A DNA stretch of 64,000 nucleotides from Clostridiales bacterium (GTDB taxonomy: Bacteria; Bacillota; Clostridia; Oscillospirales; CAG-272), in assembly GCA_012840355.1 (NCBI GenBank), contig DULN01000009.1, positions 134,414-198,413 of the forward strand. The letters are read 5' to 3'. The position numbers and the translations under genes are program-made. The notes under the pieces are model-generated. The model had not been told where the DNA came from, made no database searches, and saw only the letters and a program-made list of their open reading frames with translations. Below are positions 18,112-27,293 of the stretch, in pieces (positions within the stretch are counted from its first letter, which is position 1; the number at the start of each line of letters is the position of its first letter).

Positions 18112-19043
18112 TTTTGCGCCTCCATGAGTATCCGCTCGGCCTCCTCCGCTATCTCGCGTACGATTTCGGCTGCCGGCTGCTCCTTTTTAACCAACGCAGC
18201 TGATTGACCCGCAAGGAAGCATCCCCGCTCAATGTCGCCCTCCTGCACTGCGATACGGAACGCGCCGGTGCCCATGCGATCAAGCTCCTCGTCGCTTACG
18301 CCCGAGTATTCGGCTTTAAAATACGCGCGCGAGAACGGCGACTTTAGGCTGCGCACCGGATGGCCAAGCCGCTTGCCGGTAACAATAGTGTCAAGGTCGC
18401 CCGCGCGCAAAACCCGGTCTTTGTAGTTGCGGTGGATACTGCATTCGTAAGCCGAAAGGAACCTTGTGCCAACCTGCACACCGCAAGCGCCAAGCATAAA
18501 CGCAGCCGCCGCTGCCCGTCCGTCAGCAATACCGCCCGCCGCGATAACAGGCGAATGCGTCGCGTCGCAAACCAGCGGCACAAGCACCATTGTCGAAAGC
18601 TCGCCGACATGCCCGCCTGCCTCGCCGCCTTCAGCGACCAAAGCGTCGGCACCTGCGCGAGTCATAAGTTTCGCCATCGCTACCGAGGCGACGACAGGTA
18701 TGACTTTTATCCCGACGCTTTTCCACATCGCCATGTATTTCGAGGGGTTGCCCGCGCCGGTTGTCACCACCGCTACCCGCTCGCGCGCGACGAGCTCAGC
18801 CACCTCGTCGGCATATGGGCTCATCAGCATTATGTTGACGCCGAAAGGCTTTGAGGTTATGCTGCGGGCGATTTCAATCTGCTCTTTCACCTGCTCGGCA
18901 GGCGCGTTGCCAGCGCCTATAATCCCAAGCCCACCGCCTTCGGAAACGGCGGCGGCAAGCTTGCCGTCGGCGACCCATGCCATCCCGCCCTGGAAGATGG
19001 GGTATTTTATGCCGAGCAGCTCGCAAATTTTAGAGTTAAGCAT
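18099..19043 (-). CDS. fabK: Enoyl-ACP reductase II (FMN, nitronate monooxygenase fold)
   Basis: MLNSKICELLGIKYPIFQGGMAWV. The start at 19043 lies inside the acpP tail (GAAAATGCTTAA). The longer ORF-track start is rejected. Confidence 0.85.
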   Translation of the reverse strand: MLNSKICELLGIKYPIFQGGMAWVADGKLAAAVSEGGGLGIIGAGNAPAEQVKEQIEIARSITSKPFGVNIMLMSPYADEVAELVARERVAVVTTGAGNPSKYMAMWKSVGIKVIPVVASVAMAKLMTRAGADALVAEGGEAGGHVGELSTMVLVPLVCDATHSPVIAAGGIADGRAAAAAFMLGACGVQVGTRFLSAYECSIHRNYKDRVLRAGDLDTIVTGKRLGHPVRSLKSPFSRAYFKAEYSGVSDEELDRMGTGAFRIAVQEGDIERGCFLAGQSAALVKKEQPAAEIVREIAEEAERILMEAQKWVK

Positions 19044-19275
19044 TTTCTTCAGCTTTGGCGAGCTGTTCCTCGACGTATGCCACAAACTCGCCTACCGTTT
19101 CCACTTTCCTGTCAAGCTCGATCTCGCGCCCAAGCCTCTCCTCAAGGCTCATCATCATCTCGACGGTGTCGAGCGAGTCGATGCCGAGTTCCGAAAATTT
19201 GCTCTCAGGCTTGATTTCTGACACGTCACAGTCGTTACGTTCAGCTATAAGCTCCGCGACAATTTCAAATACCAT
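19036..19275 (-). CDS. acpP: Acyl carrier protein
   Basis: 79 aa. LGIDSLDTVEMMMSLE with the phosphopantetheine Ser in DSL. AAGGAG RBS. Confidence 0.9.
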   Translation of the reverse strand: MVFEIVAELIAERNDCDVSEIKPESKFSELGIDSLDTVEMMMSLEERLGREIELDRKVETVGEFVAYVEEQLAKAEENA

Positions 19276-19314
19276 AACCGTTTCTCCTTTTTTAAGTTTT
19301 CTCGCCGCAGGTTT

Positions 19315-19339
19315 ATTTGGTTATCAGTGATAACCAAAT
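19315..19339. promoter_or_regulatory. Perfect 25-bp palindrome (12-1-12) in the acpP leader; candidate operator
   Basis: ATTTGGTTATCA g TGATAACCAAAT. Both arms are exact reverse complements. It lies 40-64 nt upstream of the acpP ATG and about 175 nt upstream of the divergent TetR gene. Confidence 0.55.
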
Positions 19340-19515
19340 TGTTTTAGAAAAACAGCTACCGGCATATAGTCTTTGCCGATAGCCTCGGCGAGCGGTAAGA
19401 TTTAGGTGTTTTCGCTATGTTAATCTTTGCTGTGCCCTAAATGTTACAAGCTCGGCTTCAATTTTTTTCTTTACCATGATATAATACCGAAAAAACCGGG
19501 GTATAGGAGGATGCC

Positions 19516-20082
19516 ATGGCAACCGGAGGGCTGCGCGAAAAGCTCATTACCGAAGGGATTGCGGAGCTGGGCGAGAGGGGACTTGAGAATTTTTCGGTAA
19601 GGCGTATCGCGGCAAGGTGCGGGGTTTCCTGCGCCGCGCCCTACAAGCATTTCCCCGATAAAAAAAGCTACATCTCCGCGATTGTCGACTATATCAACGC
19701 GATATGGGAAGAGCGGCAGCGCGCGGCCGCCTCGCGAAAGCAAACCACGCGCGAAAAGATTGTCGAAGTTTGCCTTGAGTATATAAAATTCCTTGTGGAA
19801 AACCCGCAGCTTTGCGCCATAATACTGCAAAGCCCGGTAAACGACGCGAAAGCTGAGTTCGGCGCGCTGCGCGGGCGCCTCAGCCGCCCGACACGGGAGC
19901 TTATAAATAAATATTGCGCCGAAGCCGGCATACCTGACGAGGTTAGGCGGCGCAAGACATTTGTCGTGCGCTCGCTTGTCTACGGCGCCGTGCTTATGCT
20001 TGGCAGCGGCGAGCTTGATTACACGCCGGAAAGCCTAAAGATGGTTACAGACGCAATAAACCGCGAGTTCGATTTATCATAA
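19516..20082 (+). CDS. TetR/AcrR family transcriptional regulator
   Basis: 188 aa. N-terminal HTH FSVRRIAARCGVSCAAPYKHFPDK. An extended -10 (TGATATAAT, 19477-19485) lies upstream. Confidence 0.85.
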   Translation: MATGGLREKLITEGIAELGERGLENFSVRRIAARCGVSCAAPYKHFPDKKSYISAIVDYINAIWEERQRAAASRKQTTREKIVEVCLEYIKFLVENPQLCAIILQSPVNDAKAEFGALRGRLSRPTRELINKYCAEAGIPDEVRRRKTFVVRSLVYGAVLMLGSGELDYTPESLKMVTDAINREFDLS

Positions 20083-20232
20083 GGGCGGCATATTCTTTCG
20101 CCGTCCTTTTAGCTTATTCCAGTTTTTGTTTTTTATACAGAGCTGCTAATATCTATAATTTTGCAAATCCTAAATGCAAAACATGCATGTCCTCCCCGTT
20201 ATGTGACAAATTCACAAAAAACAAAAAAGCTA

Positions 20233-20276
20233 TCGACTTCTAAGGCAATGAGTGATATAATATACTATGTTAGTAT
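20233..20276 (+). promoter_or_regulatory. copA promoter with an inverted repeat at the transcription start region
   Basis: TCGACT(20233-20238), 17 nt, TGaTATAAT (-10 at 20256-20261), immediately followed by ATACTA tgt TAGTAT (20262-20276). Confidence 0.45.
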
Positions 20277-20320
20277 GAAATATAATTATAGTAGGAATTA
20301 TATAAAAAGCTGGTGGTAAT

Positions 20321-22783
20321 ATGACCGAAAAAGCATATAGGGTCACCGGCATGTCGTGCGCCGCCTGCGCGGCAGCCGTAAAGCGTGCAGTCGGCGCGCT
20401 TGATGGCGTGGCATCGTGCGATGTGAACCTCGCGACCGAGAAGCTGTCTGTTAGCTTTGACGAGAGCCTGCAGAGCTTTGAAACTATCAAAGCAGCTGTC
20501 GAGGCGGCTGGATATGGGCTTGAGGAGGAACGCACAAGCTCGCGAGTCGAGCTTATTATTGGCGGGATGACCTGCGCGGCATGCTCGGCGGCCGTCGTGC
20601 GCGCGATAAAAAAGCTTGACGGCGTAATCTCCGCCGAAGTCAACCTCGCGACAAGCCGCGGAGTTTTTGAGTATGACCCAAAGGTTGTAAAGCTCGCCGA
20701 CATAAAGAAAGCGATAACCGACGCCGGGTACAAGCCAATGGATTTAGACGCAGCCGAGCAGCAGGATGAGAAAAAGTCGCGCGGCAACAGAGGCTTGCTT
20801 TTAAGGCTTATCTTTGCGATTGTTTTCGCCCTTCCAGAGCTTTACATCGGCATGTCGCACATGATCGGCTTTGTCAAGCTGCCGCTGCCGGAGTTTATGT
20901 CGCCGCATATGCACCCGCTGACGTTCGCTCTTGTGCAGCTTTTGCTCACGCTGCCGGTCGTGGTTTGCGGCTCGCACTTTTACACGCGCGGGATAAAGAC
21001 GCTGCTGCACGGCGCGCCGAATATGGACACACTCATCGCGGTCGGTACCGGCAGCGCATTTTTATATAGCGTGTTTGGAACCATAATGATAGCGCGCGGG
21101 CACCACAATTATGCCGGCGAGCTATACTTTGAGTCGGCGGCGGTAGTGGTGACGCTTGTAATGCTCGGCAAATACCTCGAGTCGGTCAGCAAAGGGCGGG
21201 CGTCAGAAGCCATTAAAAAGCTCATGAAGCTGCGCCCTCAGACGGCTGTTGTCGAACGCGGCGGCGTGGAGGTTGAGATTCCTACCGCCGAAGTCGAGGT
21301 CGGCGACATCGTCGTCGTGCGCCCCGGCGCGATTTTCCCCGTTGACGGCGAGATTATATCGGGCCAGACCTCGGCAGACGAGTCGATGCTGACCGGCGAG
21401 AGCCTGCCGGTTGAGAAAAACCCCGGCGATTTTGCCATCGGCGGCAGCGTCAACGGCGAGGGACTTGTCAAGCTCCGCGCCTCACGTGTCGGAGCTGACA
21501 CGACGCTGTCGAAGATTATAAAGCTAGTTGAGGACGCGCAAAGCAAAAAAGCGCCGATTGCAAGGCTTGCCGACATTGTATCAGGCTATTTTGTCCCGGT
21601 TGTCATCACGATCGCTTTTGTCGCGGCTATAGGCTGGGCAATAGCAGGCAAAGACATGAGCTTTGTGCTCTCGGTTTTCGTCACGGTTCTTGTCATCGCC
21701 TGTCCATGCGCGCTTGGGCTTGCGACGCCCATTGCGATTATGGTCGGCACCGGGCGCGGTGCGGAGCTTGGGGTACTTATAAAAAGCGGCGAGGCGCTTG
21801 AAACTCTCCACTCGGTAAAAGCGGTCGTGCTAGACAAGACCGGCACTATAACCGAAGGCAAGCCGCGGTTAACGGATATAATCGCGTATGGCGGCGACGA
21901 AAACGATCTGCTCGCGCTTGCCGCGTCAGCCGAGCTTGGTTCAGAGCACCCGGTGGCGCGCGCCGTGGTAGAGGCTGCCGAGTCGCGTGGGCTAAAAACA
22001 CAGCAGCCAAGCGAGTTTAAGGCGCTGCCCGGTAGGGGCATTGAAGCGACTGTATCGGGCAAAAAAGTGCTTGCCGGAACACTAAAACTAATGAGCGAGA
22101 GCGGGATAGACACTGCAGCAGCAGAAATTGATGCGGCAAGACTTTCCGCATCGGGTAGGACGCTTATGTACATCGCGATTGACAGCAAGCTCTCGATGCT
22201 GCTCGGCGCGGCTGACACGGTCAAAGAGTCGAGCCGCGAAGCTATAGCCGAGCTTGAGAGGCTTGGTGTCGAGGTCTATATGATCACCGGCGACAACAAA
22301 GCGACAGCCGAGGCTATAGCAGCCGAAGTGGGCATAAAAAATGTTCTGGCTGAGGTTTTGCCCGGCGGCAAAGCGGCTGAAATCGAGCGGCTGCGCGAAA
22401 AAGGCGTTCGCGTCGCGATGGTAGGCGACGGCATCAACGACGCCCCCGCGCTTGCAGCCGCCGACGTGGGCATCGCGATCGGCACCGGCGCCGACGTTGC
22501 GGTCGAAAGCGCCGACATCGTTTCAATGCGCGGCGATTTGCGTGAGGTCAGCACCGCGATCGCGCTCTCCCGCGCGACTATCCGCAATATAAAAGAAAAC
22601 CTGTTCTGGGCGTTCTTCTACAATACCGTCGGCATCCCATTCGCCGCCGGCGTGTTCCACATATTTGGCGGACCGCTGCTTAACCCGATATTCGCGGGCG
22701 CGGCAATGGCGCTTTCGTCTGTTTCGGTCGTGACAAACGCGCTAAGGCTTCGCCGGTTCGGCAAAGGTAAAAAAACTATATAA
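20321..22783 (+). CDS. copA: Copper-translocating P1B-type ATPase
   Basis: 820 aa. Two HMA domains ([22 protein letters not shown]), CPC motif [27 protein letters not shown]. Confidence 0.95.
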   Translation: MTEKAYRVTGMSCAACAAAVKRAVGALDGVASCDVNLATEKLSVSFDESLQSFETIKAAVEAAGYGLEEERTSSRVELIIGGMTCAACSAAVVRAIKKLDGVISAEVNLATSRGVFEYDPKVVKLADIKKAITDAGYKPMDLDAAEQQDEKKSRGNRGLLLRLIFAIVFALPELYIGMSHMIGFVKLPLPEFMSPHMHPLTFALVQLLLTLPVVVCGSHFYTRGIKTLLHGAPNMDTLIAVGTGSAFLYSVFGTIMIARGHHNYAGELYFESAAVVVTLVMLGKYLESVSKGRASEAIKKLMKLRPQTAVVERGGVEVEIPTAEVEVGDIVVVRPGAIFPVDGEIISGQTSADESMLTGESLPVEKNPGDFAIGGSVNGEGLVKLRASRVGADTTLSKIIKLVEDAQSKKAPIARLADIVSGYFVPVVITIAFVAAIGWAIAGKDMSFVLSVFVTVLVIACPCALGLATPIAIMVGTGRGAELGVLIKSGEALETLHSVKAVVLDKTGTITEGKPRLTDIIAYGGDENDLLALAASAELGSEHPVARAVVEAAESRGLKTQQPSEFKALPGRGIEATVSGKKVLAGTLKLMSESGIDTAAAEIDAARLSASGRTLMYIAIDSKLSMLLGAADTVKESSREAIAELERLGVEVYMITGDNKATAEAIAAEVGIKNVLAEVLPGGKAAEIERLREKGVRVAMVGDGINDAPALAAADVGIAIGTGADVAVESADIVSMRGDLREVSTAIALSRATIRNIKENLFWAFFYNTVGIPFAAGVFHIFGGPLLNPIFAGAAMALSSVSVVTNALRLRRFGKGKKTI

Positions 22784-22791
22784 CGAAAATT

Positions 22792-22827
22792 AAAAGCCGC
22801 ACGACTTTTTTGTTGTGCGGCTTTTTA
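22792..22827 (+). terminator. Rho-independent terminator of copA
   Basis: 10-bp stem GCCGCACGAC(22796-22805)/GTTGTGCGGC(22812-22821) with a T6 loop, followed by TTTTT. Confidence 0.75.
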
Positions 22828-22865
22828 TATTTACAAATGCAAGGTATAATGGTATACTGACATCA

Positions 22866-23576
22866 ATGGGAAATTTTAAACGAAGGATGTCGCTTCCAAG
22901 CGGCATAATTTATACAATCGTACATTCAAGCCGCAAAACTATAGCCGTCGAGGTAAAACCAACCGGCGAAGTCATCGTGCGCGCGCCCCTTCGTATGACG
23001 AACAGCGCCGCCCACGCTTTTGCCCTCTCCAAAGAAGAGTGGATTATAAAGTCGCTTGCGAAAGTAAAGGAGCGGCAGAAAGAGCTTTTAGCCGCCGTGC
23101 CGCCTCCATTCACCGGCAAAGAAGGCGAGGCGTTGCCGTACCTTGGCGGGTTGCTTACTGTTCGGCGCATGGCCGGCTTGCCGGAACCGGAAGTTATGGA
23201 GGACAGTTTGCTTTTGCCGGCAGAATACGGGCTTTCCGATATCATACGCTGGCTTCGCGAGCGTGCGGCAAAGGAGCTAAGCCATCGGCTTGCCAAATAC
23301 GGCAGACTGCTCGGCGTAAGCTGGAAATCTTTTAGGCTTTCCGACGCGCGGACGCGCTGGGGCATGTGCAGCGGCAAAAACTCAATAAACCTTTCCTGGC
23401 GGCTTATATTTTGCATCCCCGAAGCTATCGATTATGTGGTCGCACATGAGCTTTGCCATATCAAGCATAAAAGCCACAAAAGGGAATTTTACGCGGAGCT
23501 CGAGCGCGTCTTTCCTGACCGCGTGCGCGTCGAGCGCTGGCTTTCTCTACACTGCATGTTTTTAAACTACCTGTGA
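22866..23576 (+). CDS. DUF45/YgjP-like zinc metallopeptidase (M48-related)
   Basis: HEXXH motif VVAHELCHIKHKSH near the C-terminus. The ORF-track start at 22815 lies inside the copA terminator and a TTTACA/TATAAT promoter, so I use the ATG at 22866 (22887 is an alternative). Confidence 0.7.
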   Translation: MGNFKRRMSLPSGIIYTIVHSSRKTIAVEVKPTGEVIVRAPLRMTNSAAHAFALSKEEWIIKSLAKVKERQKELLAAVPPPFTGKEGEALPYLGGLLTVRRMAGLPEPEVMEDSLLLPAEYGLSDIIRWLRERAAKELSHRLAKYGRLLGVSWKSFRLSDARTRWGMCSGKNSINLSWRLIFCIPEAIDYVVAHELCHIKHKSHKREFYAELERVFPDRVRVERWLSLHCMFLNYL

Positions 23577-23594
23577 TGAATGCGAGGTTACTAC

Positions 23595-26516
23595 ATGAGA
23601 AGACTTATCGAGGATATAAGGGAAAACGCGCCACAATACGGCAGCTTGCCGTTCTGGAGCTGGAACGACAGGCTTGACCAAGAAGAGCTGAAGCGGCAAA
23701 TACATAACATGCACGGGCTTAAAATGCGCGGCTTTTTCATGCACGCGCGCGGCGGGCTTGAAACCGAGTACCTCAGCGACGAGTGGTTCGATTGCATCTT
23801 AGCCTGCACCAACGAGGCGAAAAAGCTCGGCATGGAAGCTTGGGCATATGACGAAAACGGCTGGCCAAGCGGCTTTGCCGGCGGCGAGCTTTTGCGTGAC
23901 CCGGCAAACCACGCGAAATATATACGCCTTAAAGAAACAAACAACTTCCCCGAAGACTCAAACGTCCTCGCGGTTTATGTGCCTGAGGGTAAAAGCCTGC
24001 GCAGGGTCATTGCCCCCTCCAGCGCGGACAAATACTATGTTATTACATGCCACTCCGACCCCTCTTATGTCGACACCCTCAATGCCGATGTGACTGCAAA
24101 ATTCATAAAGGCGACCCATGAGCGGTACCTGGACCGGCTTGGAGAGGATTTCGGAGGCGCGATGCCGGGGTTTTTCACCGACGAGCCACAATATTACCGA
24201 TGGGCGACGCCATGGTCGGACATTTTGCCGCACGAGTTTAAAAACAGATACGGCTACGACATTTTCGAGCGGCTCCCGGCACTGTTTATTGACTGCGAGG
24301 GCGACAAGGAGTTCCGGTACGACTATTACCTTTTAATCCACACGCTGTTTATAAACAACTTTATAAAGCCCATATACGAATGGTGCGAAAAGCACGGTTG
24401 CAAGATAACCGGCCATGCGGTCGAAGAAAGCTCGCTTTCCGGCCAGATGTGGTGCTGTGGCGGCGTCATGCCATTCTACGAGTATATGCATATGCCGGGC
24501 ATCGACTATCTCGGCAGGGGGCTGTCGTCGGACCTTGCGCCGCGCCAGCTCGGCTCGGTCTGCGCGCAACTAGGGAAGCCCAAGGCGCTCTCCGAAATGT
24601 TCGGCTGCTGCGGCTGGGACGTGTCGCCGCTTGAGCTCAAGCGCATCGCAGAGCTGCAATATGCCGGCGGCGTCAACGTGATGTGCCAGCACCTATACGC
24701 ATATTCCGAGCGCGGGCAGCGCAAGCGCGATTATCCCGCGCATTATTCCGAGCAGCTGCCCTGGCAGCGGCACCTTGAGTATTTTGACAACTACTTCAAC
24801 AACCTCGGCGCCACCCTTTCACGCGGCAAAGAGTCTGCCGACGTGCTTGTTATTCACCCGATGCACAGCGCTTACCTAACCTACAAGCGCGAGCTCGACT
24901 ACAGCTCCGTTGCCGAGCTTTCAAACAAGCTTTTCCAGCTCTCCGACCTTCTTGGGCAAAACCAAATCGCCTACCATTACGGTGACGAGACTCTGCTTGC
25001 AAAATACGGCTCGGTCATAGGCAACAAAATCCGCGTCGGCGAATGCGAGTATAAGATTATTATAATCCCCTACTGCGAAACGCTCGACGGCACTACCGCA
25101 GCGCTTTTACGCAAATTCCTTGCCGAAGGCGGCAAGCTATGGATGTATGGCCCTGCACCGACGCGTATCGACGGCAGGCCTGCAGACTTAAGCTGGCTTA
25201 GGTCCAACGTCACTTTTGAGGAAATCCAAGCCGCGGCAGAGTTTTCGCTTTCAAAGGACGGCAAAAACGTCCCCGAGCTGCGCACTATGGTTCGCAGGAC
25301 GCCCGAAGGCCGCATTTTCTACGTCGTCAACCTTTCCGATAAAGACATAACCGGCGTGAAAGCATCACTTGTCGGTTGCAGGAAAGTGTGCGGGCTAGAC
25401 ATGCACACGCTCGAGCCTTTCGCGTTGTACGGCGAGCGGACCGAACGCGGCGCGCTTGTGACTCTCGACTTTGAGCCCGGACAATCGTATGTGCTTGTCG
25501 AGTCGCCCGAAGCGCTCGATTTCCTCAACGAAAAACCTGCTAAGCCCGAGCCTATAAAGCTCATCAGCAGGATGGCTTTCGCACAAAAGCCCGAAAACGC
25601 CCTGACACTTGACCGCGCGCGCGTTTCAACCGACGGTGAGACATTTGGCGGGATGCGCCCGATTGAGGAAATCCGCGACACGCTGCTGCGCGAGCGCTAT
25701 AAGGGTCCGCTGTACTTGAAGTTCGAGTTCAACGTCCTTGAAAAGCCCGACAGCTTGCGCGTGGTATTTGAGCCGATGAAATTTACCCGGCTTGAATTTA
25801 ACGGGACAAAGATTGCGCCCGACGGGGAGTACCGCATTGACCGAAGCTTCAATTCGGCAGACGTTTCCCATCTCGTGCGGGTCGGCATAAACGAGTTCGT
25901 CATGGGCTTTGACTACTACCAACGCGACTATGTCTACTATGTGCTTTACGGCGGTGTTTCGGAGTCGTTGCGCAACTGCCTCTCGTTTGATACAGAAATT
26001 GAGTGCGTTTACCTTTTCGGCGACTTCGCGGTCGATACCGAGCGCTCTAGGTTTATCCCCGGCGAGCGAAACAGCCTGCGCTATGATGGCGTGTTCGCGC
26101 TCAAAAAGCAAAGCGCCGACGTCGACGCCGCACATATAACCGAAGACGGATACCCCTTCTTTTCGGGAGTGATGGAGCTTACCACAAAGTACCGCTACAC
26201 GCACGGCGGCCCGACCGGGCTTGAGCTGCGCGGCAGGTTTGCGGTCTGCGAGGTCATTGTCAACGGCAAACACGCCGCGACGCTGATGTTCACCCGCCGA
26301 TGCGACCTTGCGCCATACCTCAAGGAAGGCGACAACACTATTACGTTTAAGCTTTACAGTTCCAACCGCAACCTGCTCGGACCACACCACCGCCATGACC
26401 CGGAGCCATACGGCGTAGGGCCTAACACCTTCTCATTTGAAGGCGAGTGGCGCGACGGCAAATGCCCCGCTTACGACGTACGCTACGCTTTCGTGCGGTT
26501 CGGGATTGAAACATAA
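23595..26516 (+). CDS. Large intracellular glycoside hydrolase, family uncertain (GH106-like / jelly-roll glycosylhydrolase type from memory)
   Basis: 973 aa with no signal peptide. N-terminal block LPFWSWNDRL...MRGFFMHARGGLETEYLSDEWF...EAWAYDENGWPSGFAGG. GAGG RBS 7 nt upstream of the ATG at 23595. Confidence 0.6.
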   Translation: MRRLIEDIRENAPQYGSLPFWSWNDRLDQEELKRQIHNMHGLKMRGFFMHARGGLETEYLSDEWFDCILACTNEAKKLGMEAWAYDENGWPSGFAGGELLRDPANHAKYIRLKETNNFPEDSNVLAVYVPEGKSLRRVIAPSSADKYYVITCHSDPSYVDTLNADVTAKFIKATHERYLDRLGEDFGGAMPGFFTDEPQYYRWATPWSDILPHEFKNRYGYDIFERLPALFIDCEGDKEFRYDYYLLIHTLFINNFIKPIYEWCEKHGCKITGHAVEESSLSGQMWCCGGVMPFYEYMHMPGIDYLGRGLSSDLAPRQLGSVCAQLGKPKALSEMFGCCGWDVSPLELKRIAELQYAGGVNVMCQHLYAYSERGQRKRDYPAHYSEQLPWQRHLEYFDNYFNNLGATLSRGKESADVLVIHPMHSAYLTYKRELDYSSVAELSNKLFQLSDLLGQNQIAYHYGDETLLAKYGSVIGNKIRVGECEYKIIIIPYCETLDGTTAALLRKFLAEGGKLWMYGPAPTRIDGRPADLSWLRSNVTFEEIQAAAEFSLSKDGKNVPELRTMVRRTPEGRIFYVVNLSDKDITGVKASLVGCRKVCGLDMHTLEPFALYGERTERGALVTLDFEPGQSYVLVESPEALDFLNEKPAKPEPIKLISRMAFAQKPENALTLDRARVSTDGETFGGMRPIEEIRDTLLRERYKGPLYLKFEFNVLEKPDSLRVVFEPMKFTRLEFNGTKIAPDGEYRIDRSFNSADVSHLVRVGINEFVMGFDYYQRDYVYYVLYGGVSESLRNCLSFDTEIECVYLFGDFAVDTERSRFIPGERNSLRYDGVFALKKQSADVDAAHITEDGYPFFSGVMELTTKYRYTHGGPTGLELRGRFAVCEVIVNGKHAATLMFTRRCDLAPYLKEGDNTITFKLYSSNRNLLGPHHRHDPEPYGVGPNTFSFEGEWRDGKCPAYDVRYAFVRFGIET

Positions 26517-26529
26517 ATAGAACAAAAAA

Positions 26530-26570
26530 CCTCCGCCTGTCATAATGAACGGACGGAGGGCTTATTTTTC
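26530..26570 (+). terminator. Rho-independent terminator
   Basis: CCTCCG(26530-26535)...CGGAGG(26554-26559) stem with inner GC pairs, followed by GCTTATTTTT. Confidence 0.65.
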
Positions 26571-26606
26571 TACATCCACTTTCACCAAATAAAATACCAA
26601 ACTGTA

Positions 26607-26635
26607 TTTACAAGTATAGAAGCATATTATATAAT
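26607..26635 (+). promoter_or_regulatory. Consensus-like promoter upstream of the chimeric small ORF
   Basis: TTTACA(26607-26612), 17 nt, TATAAT(26630-26635), in an AT-rich spacer. Confidence 0.4.
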
Positions 26636-26746
26636 AATTCTGCAAAATATTCCAGTATGCCAACCTCAAGATGTAAGCCGAAAACGCCTGCCGAAATTAT
26701 CGATATTTATATTTAAATTTGAAATTTTCCTATAAGGAGGAACTTT

Positions 26747-27214
26747 ATGGCCGCCCAAATAGTTAAAACTTATACACAAAAACTTCCCGCGACAAGATTT
26801 ATCGGCAAAAAATTTACCGACAAAGACAGGATAGGCGGAAATTTCGGCAAATACTGGGGCGACGCGTTTGCTGGAGACTGGTTCGGCACCATCGAAAATG
26901 TAGCCGGAGGCGCAGACAAATGCGCGGAGCTTTATGAGGACGGCGGCGCATACATAGGACTTATGCGCGCGGGCTTTTATCCCGTAAGTTTTGAAATGCT
27001 TTGCGAGAGTACAGGCATAGAAGACACAAAGCTCGGCGAAATGCTGAGGCGGTTAATAGAGGACGGCATTGTCGAGTATTTTACCTCCGACGACCAAACC
27101 GTCCGGGGTTACAGGTTTACCGTTACGCGCGGGATTGCAGCATATATGATTTTAGCTTTAAATTATCTTTTAGCCGAAAAGGTTTTCTCAAAAAGCGAGT
27201 ATTTACTAAACTAA
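26747..27214 (+). CDS. Chimeric small protein: N-terminal GyrI-like/effector-binding half-domain fused to a winged-helix-like segment and a hydrophobic tail
   Basis: 155 aa with a strong RBS (TAAGGAGG). Residues 1-75 (LPATRFIGKKF...GNFGKYWGDAFAGDWFGTIE...EDGGAYIGLMR) match my recollection of GyrI-like proteins. The remainder (STGIEDTKLGEMLRRLIEDGIVEY...) does not. Confidence 0.55.
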   Translation: MAAQIVKTYTQKLPATRFIGKKFTDKDRIGGNFGKYWGDAFAGDWFGTIENVAGGADKCAELYEDGGAYIGLMRAGFYPVSFEMLCESTGIEDTKLGEMLRRLIEDGIVEYFTSDDQTVRGYRFTVTRGIAAYMILALNYLLAEKVFSKSEYLLN

Positions 27215-27293
27215 GAGCAGCGGTCATCGGAGAATCATCTTTCAAACAAACATCCCCTGCTGGAATCACTCCCGGCAAGGGGATTTTTTCTTT

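Noticed and set aside
20158-20182. Inverted repeat TTTTGCA-n9-TGCAAAA downstream of the TetR gene, considered as a terminator or operator.
   Set aside because: The stem is AT-rich and only 7 bp, with no clear U-tract. It is not distinguishable from chance in an AT-rich spacer.
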